A stretch of 64,000 nt of DNA from a virus: positions 110,035-174,034 of IMG/VR virus record IMGVR_UViG_3300035158_000183; one strand, 5' to 3'. The notes under the pieces were generated by a model. The model saw only the letters and a list, made by a program, of their open reading frames with translations, did not search any database and was not told where the DNA came from. The stretch's first letter is position 1. Each line of letters starts with the position of its first letter. Position numbers and translations under genes: made by a program. Shown here in pieces: positions 40,143 to 48,443 of the stretch.

Positions 40143-40937
40143 CTACTTGGCTTCCCAGTCGGCCTCTTCGATTGACTCGTCAGCTAGCTTTTCAGCGTCA
40201 GCCTTGATGTCTTCTATGGAAACGCCCTTCCTCTTGGCCATAGCACCTATAGCTTCCTTCAAGTAAGCGAAGTGCTGGCCAACATCGCCATCCTCACGGC
40301 GCTTAAGAGCAGCAGCTCTCTTGTATTTCTCTTTCCTGGTAGCCGCCAAGCTCTCTAGAATCTGCGCCCTAACCTTCTGGACCTTGTCCTTCACCTCTAG
40401 TATGGGGTGTGGGTTCAGGGTCTCGGAGGTAGCCTTGTCACCCTCAGTGACGTCCAGGCGGAGCAGATTCCATGCCTCCTCATCCGTCGAGAGACCATTA
40501 TTAGCTCTATAGTCAATTATATCGCATTCTACTAGCTTATTAACAAGAACCATCTCAGTCCGGCTCTCGACATCCACCTGCAGGTCCTCCACATAGCTCT
40601 GAAGCCAGGTGGAGATAAGATTTGCCTCCACAGGACAGGGGTCTGATATTGGATAATCTTGCCCATCATGGAACGGGCATGACTTGTTGGGGCATTTCTT
40701 CCCACCACAGAGCATGGGTATAGCGGCCGAGGTACCGACCTTCATCCTCACGATATGATTACGGAATTTGAGGGCCTGCTCCGGAGTCATGGTCTTCTCC
40801 AGCTTGGCCAGCTGTTGCCTGGGCAGCTCGAGAAAGTTAAAGAAGTCTGTCTTGGACACATTGCCCAGAGCATCTACCTGAGTGCCATCCAACTTCAGGA
40901 GAGCTGCCTTGGGAGTACCTGATCCACTGCCACCCAT
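40143..40937 (-). CDS. Cys-cluster helical protein, possible terminase small subunit
   Basis: CGGKKCPNKSCP...CPVE followed by helices with HPILEVK...LESLAATRK; lies near terminase-like genes. Confidence 0.4.
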   Translation of the reverse strand: MGGSGSGTPKAALLKLDGTQVDALGNVSKTDFFNFLELPRQQLAKLEKTMTPEQALKFRNHIVRMKVGTSAAIPMLCGGKKCPNKSCPFHDGQDYPISDPCPVEANLISTWLQSYVEDLQVDVESRTEMVLVNKLVECDIIDYRANNGLSTDEEAWNLLRLDVTEGDKATSETLNPHPILEVKDKVQKVRAQILESLAATRKEKYKRAAALKRREDGDVGQHFAYLKEAIGAMAKRKGVSIEDIKADAEKLADESIEEADWEAK

Positions 40938-41488
40938 TACTTAGCCACCCAATTTCCTTCTAGCTCGGTCTGATACTGGTCATCAGTATAGTAGGTCTTC
41001 GCCTCGTGAACTTTATCCAAACCATCTTCAAGATACAGGCTGCCTGCCTGGAACTTAACAGCAGGATAGATATCCCACAGTTTCTTGGCCAGCGGAGGCT
41101 CTTCATGGTCATATATCTTGGGCGAGGAGAAGAGTATTTTCTGGGTATCACCCATAGCACTGAATATCAGCCCAAGAGCATCTTCTCTAACAGATGCGAA
41201 CTCCTCGACAAGAATACAATCGAACTCACGTGCTCTTATCGCCTCAGCAGTAGATGCGAAGAATACATTGTCGGTAGGGTCCATGCGTCCCTTGACCTCT
41301 TCCCAGATGGCTTTCACCGGTGCGAGTATCAGTAGGTGCTGGCCAGCAGCTGCTTTCTCGTTCGCAATCTCGACCAGCAGATCAGTCTTGCCAATTCTCC
41401 TCGGCAGGACCGCCATGACATGCATATCTGTGTCTATTGCAGTCTTGAGGATATTATGACAGAGAGCAGTTAGATCATTATTAGCCAT
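40937..41488 (-). CDS. Stand-alone terminase-type ATPase domain (no nuclease domain)
   Basis: PRRIGKT, LILAP, ILVEEF, FSSP; ends YQTELEGNW. Confidence 0.75.
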   Translation of the reverse strand: MANNDLTALCHNILKTAIDTDMHVMAVLPRRIGKTDLLVEIANEKAAAGQHLLILAPVKAIWEEVKGRMDPTDNVFFASTAEAIRAREFDCILVEEFASVREDALGLIFSAMGDTQKILFSSPKIYDHEEPPLAKKLWDIYPAVKFQAGSLYLEDGLDKVHEAKTYYTDDQYQTELEGNWVAK

Positions 41489-41870
41489 CTTTGAACTCCT
41501 CTATCTCCATTTGCTTCGGCTTGCGGGGAAGGGTAGGCTGGTAGTCAAAGGGCCTGGCCTGATCCGGATCTACCGGCCCGATGCCAACCACGAAGGCCTC
41601 TGCATCGAAATATCTGGCAAAGACATACTCTGGCATAGCGTACAGGTGGCCGCCACCAGCGACGGTCACCCAACCGTTATATTTGTCCTGAGCGACAACA
41701 TCATAGACGGTATTCTTCTTAAATACTGCACAGAAGTCTTCTTTACAGACCGTAACGGCTCCGGAGGGCACCCTGAACTCACAGTTGGGCGTATTGGGAT
41801 GCACGACCCACCAGCCCTCACTAGGCTTGATGGGGAATTCTTTAGGATCTATTCTGATATGTCTCATCAT
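41481..41870 (-). CDS. Hypothetical protein
   Basis: Overlapping start/stop in operon. Confidence 0.6.
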   Translation of the reverse strand: MMRHIRIDPKEFPIKPSEGWWVVHPNTPNCEFRVPSGAVTVCKEDFCAVFKKNTVYDVVAQDKYNGWVTVAGGGHLYAMPEYVFARYFDAEAFVVGIGPVDPDQARPFDYQPTLPRKPKQMEIEEFKDG

Positions 41871-42163
41871 TCCACCGCCAACATACCATCATACTTCAGG
41901 AAGAGGAACTTCTCGCCCCTTATACTGAAGTTGATACCAACCTTGCCGTAGTAGACCACAGTATCGCCAACCTTGTAGGGCAGCTCCCTGGGCTGGTCCT
42001 CATCCTTGTTCATAATGTAGGATATATCCTCTGAAATCTGCGTAACCTTAGCCTTCTTGATGTCCTCACTACCCGGTTTTTTGGCAATTAAAATACCGCC
42101 TTCCGATACTTCATCCTCTGCAGTGATGGGTGAGGCAATGATCCATTCGTTTACAGGTTTCAT
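41867..42163 (-). CDS. groES: Co-chaperonin GroES (Cpn10)-like
   Basis: MKPVNEWII...SEGGILI...KVGDTVVY...GEKFLFLKYDGMLAV. Confidence 0.88.
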   Translation of the reverse strand: MKPVNEWIIASPITAEDEVSEGGILIAKKPGSEDIKKAKVTQISEDISYIMNKDEDQPRELPYKVGDTVVYYGKVGINFSIRGEKFLFLKYDGMLAVE

Positions 42164-42166
42164 TTC

Positions 42167-42466
42167 TTACTCCTTGGTTTCGTAGGTCCTGGCCCAGTTA
42201 TGGTATAGCCAGCATATTACAGCTGCAGCATCGGCTGCCTGGTTCTGGAGGAAGAACTCCTTGGCCGCTACAGCATATTTACAGTCCACTCCATCTGTGG
42301 AGTTATGACAGAACCAATCGAACCTCTCAATCATTGAGCTATCCTCATAGCCGGTCTTCTCCAGGAACTCAGCCAATCTACTGAGTATCTTGGGATCCAT
42401 TAATTGCCTGAGGTTTTTGCGGAACGCGGACAAATTCAGCATAACCTGATCCTTCTGTGGAAGCAT
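42167..42466 (-). CDS. Hypothetical protein
   Basis: GGAGG SD; 99-aa ORF. Confidence 0.6.
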   Translation of the reverse strand: MLPQKDQVMLNLSAFRKNLRQLMDPKILSRLAEFLEKTGYEDSSMIERFDWFCHNSTDGVDCKYAVAAKEFFLQNQAADAAAVICWLYHNWARTYETKE

Positions 42467-42521
42467 ACTTCCTCCGGTAATACTCTTTGTATCAGAAATT
42501 TGCGTACCTGTAAAGGTCTTT

Positions 42522-43304
42522 CTATGGGTCTACAGAATGATTTATGGCGGTAGGTCTGCGGACCTTGATCCTGCGGCTGTGGAGGAGGATCTCGTGTATC
42601 TTATTTACCTTGTCGCTGGTGTTATCAACCTTGGACTTCTGGGACTTGAGGGCACCCTTGATCTCTGTGATATCCTTGTTGTAGACCTTCTGCTGGACAT
42701 ACTTATCCTCGACATCCTTCTTGGCCTCTTCAGTGGCGAAATGATCCTTCTCAACGACATACTCCCTGAGGTCGGAGTGGGCCTTGCTGGCCCAGACTGC
42801 GGCACCCACACAGAGTGCCACAATGGTGATCACTGCCCCTATGGGGATAGCCTTGGTGGCCCTGCCATTTATAGGAGCCGAGGGCGGGTATGACTTCTGT
42901 TGTACTGCATACCTGATGGACCTCTCCAGATCATAGCTGGTCAGCCTGGGCTTATGGAGATAATCAGCCGCCCCAGCCCTGAGGAGCTGTGTATCAATTG
43001 GCTGATGTTCATTGCCTGTCATCACGATTAGGGGCACCTTCCATCCATTTCTGGAGGCTTCTTCCATGAGGTTATCCCCGTTTTGTCGGGAGAGTCGGTT
43101 ATCTACGAGGCAGGCATCATACTGTTTTGTGGCAAGGGCGATCTTGGCAGCGGAGTAGGTACTGACCCAGTCCGCCTTGAAGAATCGGCCATACACCTCC
43201 GTGAGCATGTCACGGGTCTTGTGGAAATCAGGTTCGGAATCTTCTAGTATAAGGACCCTGGTGATCTCAGAATCTGCCAGGGGGAAATCAGTATCTTCAG
43301 GCAT
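42522..43304 (-). CDS. Response-regulator receiver domain fused to TM helix and coiled coil
   Basis: VLILED, YDACLVD, LIVMTG, GAADYLHK; then IPIGAVITIVALCVGAAVWA. Confidence 0.85.
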   Translation of the reverse strand: MPEDTDFPLADSEITRVLILEDSEPDFHKTRDMLTEVYGRFFKADWVSTYSAAKIALATKQYDACLVDNRLSRQNGDNLMEEASRNGWKVPLIVMTGNEHQPIDTQLLRAGAADYLHKPRLTSYDLERSIRYAVQQKSYPPSAPINGRATKAIPIGAVITIVALCVGAAVWASKAHSDLREYVVEKDHFATEEAKKDVEDKYVQQKVYNKDITEIKGALKSQKSKVDNTSDKVNKIHEILLHSRRIKVRRPTAINHSVDP

Positions 43305-44478
43305 ATAGATATCTCCTATTAGGTGTAGAGGTTGTATACCCTGATTGTATCATAAATTATGCAGTATAGCCGGAATGGGGCCTTCAGTGGGGTGTGTTTC
43401 GGCGGGTCCGGAGAAGTCAAGGCCATATGGGGTAGATTTTGAGAAAAAATATATTTCATATTTCGCAATGTGAAATCCTGTATATGGAAATGAATACAGA
43501 TATTTGTATTGGATATTGATTTGGAGTCCATATGGAACCCAAAATGAACATTCCGAGTGAATACCTAGTATGTGTGGGTGGTGGTAGGGGCCACAACCTG
43601 CGTTCGGAGCCCACGGGGTGGTCTCGTGGGACCGAGTTCTGTCTTCATCCACCCTGGATGGATGATTGACTGAACACGCTGCGGATGGTCTGCAGCACTG
43701 TGTCAGACAGTATTCTGACAGCTCTCTCAGCGAGGAGATATCCACTCCCCGAGCCTACTGAGAAGAGATAATTACATGGTACTGAACAGCAGAGTCAGTA
43801 CCAGTAGGATTTAAAACCTGTGGATTACTACTTCTTCTACTCTGATACACTCACCAGTCTGGCATCACTGAAAGGTTGTGTAATTCAACCTGTGGTGTAC
43901 ATCAGCGTCATATCACTATATGTGATAGGTGTACTACCATCAGTGCTGTATATCAGATACTACATATCACTGTAGATATACATTAAGCTCTGAAATAAGT
44001 AGGAGATATATGTATATCCGTCCCTGAGAAGGAACAGTTAGATATGTACTGCCATACTGACTGGTGGTTATATCCCATATAGCTGGGTCAGTAATGCGTA
44101 GTAGTGGGCGCATGAACGACAGCTATCCTACCCCAGCTGGTGTGAGGGGAACAGCACATAGGAACAGCAGTGGTCCAGGGACACTGCCTAGTACGGTGCT
44201 CAGTACCGCACACCAGAGTACTCGATCTATGACTAGCCTCTAGTAGGTGTTGTGTAACCGAAGATGCACAGCACAGTGTACACATACACAGATAGGTTAA
44301 TTAATAAACACTGACCTACGATGTACACACTACTACGCTAGTCATAAATCCACCCCTCTATCATGCCCATGTGCCTGGTATACATGGGCAGCATAGATGG
44401 ATGGATATGCAAGGCAAACCAAGAAAAATCCTGCAACGGATTTGGTAAACAAAGCCCTAACGGGCAAAGGAGGAAGGC

Positions 44479-44805
44479 ATGAAGAAGTTCAAGATTGCAT
44501 TGCTGGCACCACTGCATGGGTGGGTAACCCTGCTGGCGAAAGACGCCCAGACCGCTCTCGACGGCATCCACGACATGACCGGCTGCAAGGTCAAGGTCAT
44601 GGAGGTAACTCCGCTCTGCAAGTGCTCTGACGAAGAGCAGCAGGCAGCAGAACAGGCCAAAGGCCTCGAAGCGGTCATCCTGGAACGCAACACTTGGCAG
44701 CCCGTAACTGCCGAGAACTACCAGGAGATCATGGCACAGATGACCGGGAGGGCCCTCAAGAAGATCGCAAAGCACATTAGCCGCCTGGACGACCTAGACA
44801 AGTAA
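44479..44805 (+). CDS. Hypothetical protein (first plus-strand gene)
   Basis: AAGGAGG SD; 108 aa. Confidence 0.75.
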   Translation: MKKFKIALLAPLHGWVTLLAKDAQTALDGIHDMTGCKVKVMEVTPLCKCSDEEQQAAEQAKGLEAVILERNTWQPVTAENYQEIMAQMTGRALKKIAKHISRLDDLDK

Positions 44806-44836
44806 CCATGAAGACCCTCTAGTCTCAACAGCCGAC

Positions 44837-44887
44837 AGGAGTGGGGTACTAAGCCTCTGCAGCAAGGTGCAATTCCTTGTGCTCCTA
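44837..44887 (+). ncRNA. tRNA-like element 1 (acceptor stem + T-arm, 51 nt)
   Basis: AGGAGTG/TGCTCCT+A; CAAGG-TGCAATT-CCTTG. Confidence 0.55.
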
Positions 44888-44918
44888 TAACCGCCCTAAC
44901 GGGCAGGAAGGGGTCAAC

Positions 44919-45110
44919 ATGACTACCGCAGTAGAGAAAGCCATTGCCAGTGTGCTGGCAACGCTGACCAAGGAAGAGAGGGAAGGCAATCCTACTCCTC
45001 TGGTCAATGACACCACAATCGTCCTCAACAAGATCGAGCTGATGTTGAGGCGCAAGGAAGAGGCTATCGACGCCAAGATCGACAGCATCTGCCCCAAGCC
45101 GACCTGGTAG
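44919..45110 (+). CDS. Hypothetical protein (63 aa)
   Basis: ATG follows the hairpin+SD motif. Confidence 0.7.
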   Translation: MTTAVEKAIASVLATLTKEEREGNPTPLVNDTTIVLNKIELMLRRKEEAIDAKIDSICPKPTW

Positions 45111-45174
45111 TACCCAACCAACCGTATCCCACCAAGCCGGTCCTCTGGGCAAGACCTAAAACTGCCCTATCTAT

Positions 45175-45246
45175 GGCACGGCACCAAGGGTTTAATTCCC
45201 TGAAGTGCACATGGCTCAAAGGTAGGTTCGAATCCTACCCGTGCCA
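45175..45246 (+). ncRNA. tRNA-like element 2 (72 nt, non-canonical D/anticodon region)
   Basis: GGCACGG/CCGTGCC+A; GTAGG-TTCGAAT-CCTAC. Confidence 0.7.
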
Positions 45247-45279
45247 CTAACCGCCCTAACGGGCAGGAAGGAGATGGTC

Positions 45280-45486
45280 ATGAAGGCTATCAAGATCGCC
45301 ATGAGAGTGGCACAGGCAATCAAGAGGGCCGAGCAGGCTCTGGTAAGGGCCCAGAACGAGGCCAAGCACATGGTGCAGGAAGCCAGCAACTGGGACAACC
45401 ACAAGGCTGCAGCAGCACACGTAGCCATGGCCGACAGGAAAGTGCGGGTGGCCAAGGCCCGTCTGGCTGAAGCGAAGGCCAGGTAG
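45280..45486 (+). CDS. Hypothetical Ala-rich helical protein
   Basis: ATG follows the hairpin+SD motif. Confidence 0.7.
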   Translation: MKAIKIAMRVAQAIKRAEQALVRAQNEAKHMVQEASNWDNHKAAAAHVAMADRKVRVAKARLAEAKAR

Positions 45487-45493
45487 TATGACG

Positions 45494-45552
45494 AGTGCAG
45501 GCAGGTGCTAGGGACTACACATCCCTACAGGGTTCGACACCCTGCTGTGCTA
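45494..45552 (+). ncRNA. tRNA-like element 3 (D-armless, 59 nt)
   Basis: AGTGCAG/CTGTGCT+A; TAGGGA-CTACACA-TCCCTA; CAGGG-TTCGACA-CCCTG. Confidence 0.65.
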
Positions 45553-45583
45553 TTGAAGCCCGCAAGGGCAGGAAGGAGCAACC

Positions 45584-45751
45584 ATGGATTACCTGACCAT
45601 GGTGATCAACAAGTATTCGGCTACACCGGAGCCGGAGAAGGATAAGGAGATTGTGCCTTATCGGGACCGACCAACCAAACAAGCTGCCATGGAGACAACC
45701 TTGGCACAGTTCTGCTATCAGTGCGCTGAGGCAGAGAAGGAGGATGTGTAA
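45584..45751 (+). CDS. Small hypothetical protein (55 aa, below ORF-track cutoff)
   Basis: AAGGAG SD; MDYLTMVINKY...EKEDV; stop overlaps next ATG. Confidence 0.65.
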   Translation: MDYLTMVINKYSATPEPEKDKEIVPYRDRPTKQAAMETTLAQFCYQCAEAEKEDV

Positions 45752-46056
45752 TGTCCAAGAAAACAAAACTGCTGCACAAGGTCGGCAAGGGCCTAATCAA
45801 GGCCGGGGCCGCTGTAGACTCGGCATTTGGTGCCGTAGATGCGGTGGAGAAGAAGATCGGCAGAGGCAAGATGCTCGATGACCGCATCGAAGATGGCGCC
45901 AAGTGGACCGCCAACAAAATCAAGGCTGGGTTCCATAAGGCCAAGGACGTGGTGATCGAAAGTACCACCAAGGCCAAGGAGAAGGTCGCCAAGATCAAAC
46001 CTACCAAGGTGGTAGAACCCGAGAAGGCCAAGCCGTGGTCTGTGGACCAGAGCTGA
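45751..46056 (+). CDS. Lys/Ala-rich amphipathic protein
   Basis: AAGGAGG SD; 101 aa. Confidence 0.7.
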   Translation: MSKKTKLLHKVGKGLIKAGAAVDSAFGAVDAVEKKIGRGKMLDDRIEDGAKWTANKIKAGFHKAKDVVIESTTKAKEKVAKIKPTKVVEPEKAKPWSVDQS

Positions 46057-46070
46057 AATGGAGGTAAATA

Positions 46071-47144
46071 ATGTCGAAGATGTCCAACAAGGCATTGGTG
46101 GAATGGGACACTGGAACTGCAGAGAAATTCAACAGGCCTAACAAGGTCAGGAAGGAATCGAGGATGAAGGAATTCAAGGACCCGAATGTCGTACTCAACT
46201 ACGACGAAGTGGCCATCAACTACGCAACTCCCTGGTGGGAGGACCGCACCACCATCCAGGAGCTGGCTGACTTCCTACAACCGCTCTTCGGCACGGAACT
46301 CTGTGCGGATATGCTCCCGCCCCAGGACATCTCTTGGTACCTCAGGGACCAGGAGACCCGCCTCTACTGGATGCACAGGGATATGCGCGAGCTGCCCGCT
46401 AGAATCGTAGAAGCCCAGGACAAGGCCGATGAGGCCTTCGCTGCGGCTCAGGCTGCTTCTGCTGCCATCGAGGTGGACCTCGAGGACGGAATGCCCGACC
46501 ACTTCATGATTGAGGCCAAGGTAGAGTGCAAGAAGCTCTGGAACAAGGCCAAGAAGCTCCAGGCTGAGGTCGGCTACATGGAGTACTACCTGGAGCATCT
46601 GCCCCAGATAATCCTGGACACGGAGGCTGCTACCGATAGGGCTGAGTGGCGGAAGAACCAGCCTGAGGAGTACTTCAAGACTGAGGCTGACAAGGAGGAA
46701 GCGAAGCAGGAGTGGAACTTCCACTGGGCCCAGGCCAAGAGATACTGGCAGCACGTGCTTGCCTGGCTCGTTGACAACGGCGAGAGCCGCATGTCGGATG
46801 CCAAGGCCAAGATGCTGTTCCGCAGCCTGGACCACAAGCTGGCCAGGAAGGAGATAAGCTCCTGGTATTACTACGCTATCTCCATGGAGGTGGTAAGGAT
46901 CCGCAACAACAGGCAGCCCCATGCTATCTGGGAGCAGGAGCTGGACAGGCTGACTAGGTATGCTGCCGGCTGCAAAGCCAGGGCAGAGGCCGATGGCAAC
47001 ACCTGGGGCACTCCCATACCCAAGGAGTACGAGCCCATGGAGATGGAGTACACCTTCATGTCGGACAGGTGCAACCTGTCTGAAGATGAGATGATCCATG
47101 CCATCGATGAGAGGGGAGCTTTCCGGAACAAATACCGGAACTAG
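46071..47144 (+). CDS. Hypothetical helical protein (357 aa)
   Basis: GGAGG SD; followed by a GC-rich hairpin. Confidence 0.75.
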   Translation: MSKMSNKALVEWDTGTAEKFNRPNKVRKESRMKEFKDPNVVLNYDEVAINYATPWWEDRTTIQELADFLQPLFGTELCADMLPPQDISWYLRDQETRLYWMHRDMRELPARIVEAQDKADEAFAAAQAASAAIEVDLEDGMPDHFMIEAKVECKKLWNKAKKLQAEVGYMEYYLEHLPQIILDTEAATDRAEWRKNQPEEYFKTEADKEEAKQEWNFHWAQAKRYWQHVLAWLVDNGESRMSDAKAKMLFRSLDHKLARKEISSWYYYAISMEVVRIRNNRQPHAIWEQELDRLTRYAAGCKARAEADGNTWGTPIPKEYEPMEMEYTFMSDRCNLSEDEMIHAIDERGAFRNKYRN

Positions 47145-47555
47145 CCCCCCCCCGACCAAAGGGAGGGGAGCCCCCTTGGGGGCACTAATGTATGTCTTGA
47201 CTGATTGCTGGTTAGTGTGCGCGGCGCCAGACCGAATAAGCTTCAAGTACCCCTTCGACAAATTGGAGACTCCGTTCGGTACGGTCACCGTCTTCGACCG
47301 TAATGTCTAACTATATTCGGTATCACGCTTCGCACCAGCCCCGTCTGCGCCTGAAATACCCTGCTAATCACGCTTCGCCTGCTTCAAATGGTAGTCGACT
47401 CCCTCGCTACGCTCGGTCAAACATCAAATCATATACTATATACGTACTGGTACGTCTTACTGTTCACGGTATTATACAGTAATACTGTAGCCCGTAAGGG
47501 CTTACCTGTATATACTGTTATAACTGTTAACTGTATAGGGCCTTTAGGCCCTTAA

Positions 47556-47676
47556 TGCCTTCAAGAGTATATGTAAGTGTGCGGAATAGTCGTGTTTATC
47601 GGCAACTCCAGGAAGGTAGTGGGCCCGTGGGGCCTATACTGCTTTCCCCGGAGCGCGCACTACACTCTTGAAGGTA
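47556..47676 (+). ncRNA. Candidate rod-shaped structured RNA
   Basis: Nested helices CCTTCAAGAGT/ACTCTTGAAGG, GTGTGCG/CGCGCAC, CTCC/GGAG, GGAAGGTAGT/ACTGCTTTCC, GGGCC/GGCCT. Confidence 0.5.
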
Positions 47677-47909
47677 AACCACTAAAATCATTACATTCTG
47701 CTCTTCTCATGTGGGAGAACAGGCAAAATGTATCCAACTGCCTGGTACTGGTTTGGTATAGTATTAGTACTGGTGCTGGTGTGGTACTGGTAGAGTACTG
47801 GTGCAGTATTAGCATTGGTACGGTATCGGTACAGCATTGGTACAGTACCAGTATTGGTACTGGTAGGAGATAGACAGAATCTAGGTAAAACAACTGAAAG
47901 GATGGTTTC

Positions 47910-48221
47910 ATGGGTAAACTGTATAATATCTACAATGTGTGTCCGGCGGATGGGGAAGGAACTAAACCAGATGTCACCATTGTAAAGCAGCGTGTGGAGC
48001 TAACCGACACTGAGGTGGAGTACTACAGAGAATACTGTATGTACGAGGTGGAGGAGATGCAGGACCGTGACGTGCTTATCAGTTCTTGTGACAACTGTGG
48101 CCTGCTTACACTACAAGAGTATCGTGTGTTGCCGGTTGAGGACGAACACTACCCCGGTACAACAGCCTTGCTGAAATGTCAGTGTAGGAAATGCAACCAT
48201 AAACAGGAAGTGCTGGTTTAG
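47910..48221 (+). CDS. Zn-ribbon hypothetical protein
   Basis: CDNCG...CRKCNH. Confidence 0.65.
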   Translation: MGKLYNIYNVCPADGEGTKPDVTIVKQRVELTDTEVEYYREYCMYEVEEMQDRDVLISSCDNCGLLTLQEYRVLPVEDEHYPGTTALLKCQCRKCNHKQEVLV

Positions 48222-48230
48222 GAGGAAGCA

Positions 48231-48443
48231 ATGTTCAAACTCTATGCAGTCAAGTGTGAAGGCGAGTACTACAACTTCGGTACCATGAAGTGGGAGGAAA
48301 ACCTGGAACTGGATTGCCTAGCCTACAATCAGTGGAGTGCCGAAGAGAAGGCAATACAGACCGAGGGTGCTCAGGTTATCGTCTTTAGGTGTAAGCGCGA
48401 ACGCGCTTATGTGCCGGTCTCCTGGGTACAGGGAGGCTGGTAA
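48231..48443 (+). CDS. Hypothetical protein
   Basis: AGGAGG SD. Confidence 0.65.
   Translation: MFKLYAVKCEGEYYNFGTMKWEENLELDCLAYNQWSAEEKAIQTEGAQVIVFRCKRERAYVPVSWVQGGW

Larger units (their letters stand above)
44454..45577 (+). repeat. Four GCCC-(TAAC/GCAA)-GGGC hairpins, each directly before a Shine-Dalgarno
   Basis: At 44454, 44893, 45253 and 45558; 24 bp identical at 44888-44911 and 45248-45271. Confidence 0.9.

Noticed and set aside
43319-44285. Short ORFs in the strand-switch gap
   Set aside because: No convincing SD, atypical composition and mutual overlap; treated as non-coding.
44454-45577. Spaced repeats as a mini CRISPR array
   Set aside because: Spacing is 300-440 bp and the intervals hold ORFs; the repeats include the SD.
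46275-47288. 337-aa minus-strand ORF and many other antisense ORFs in the track
   Set aside because: Shadow frames of well-supported genes with SD sites on the opposite strand; no motifs.
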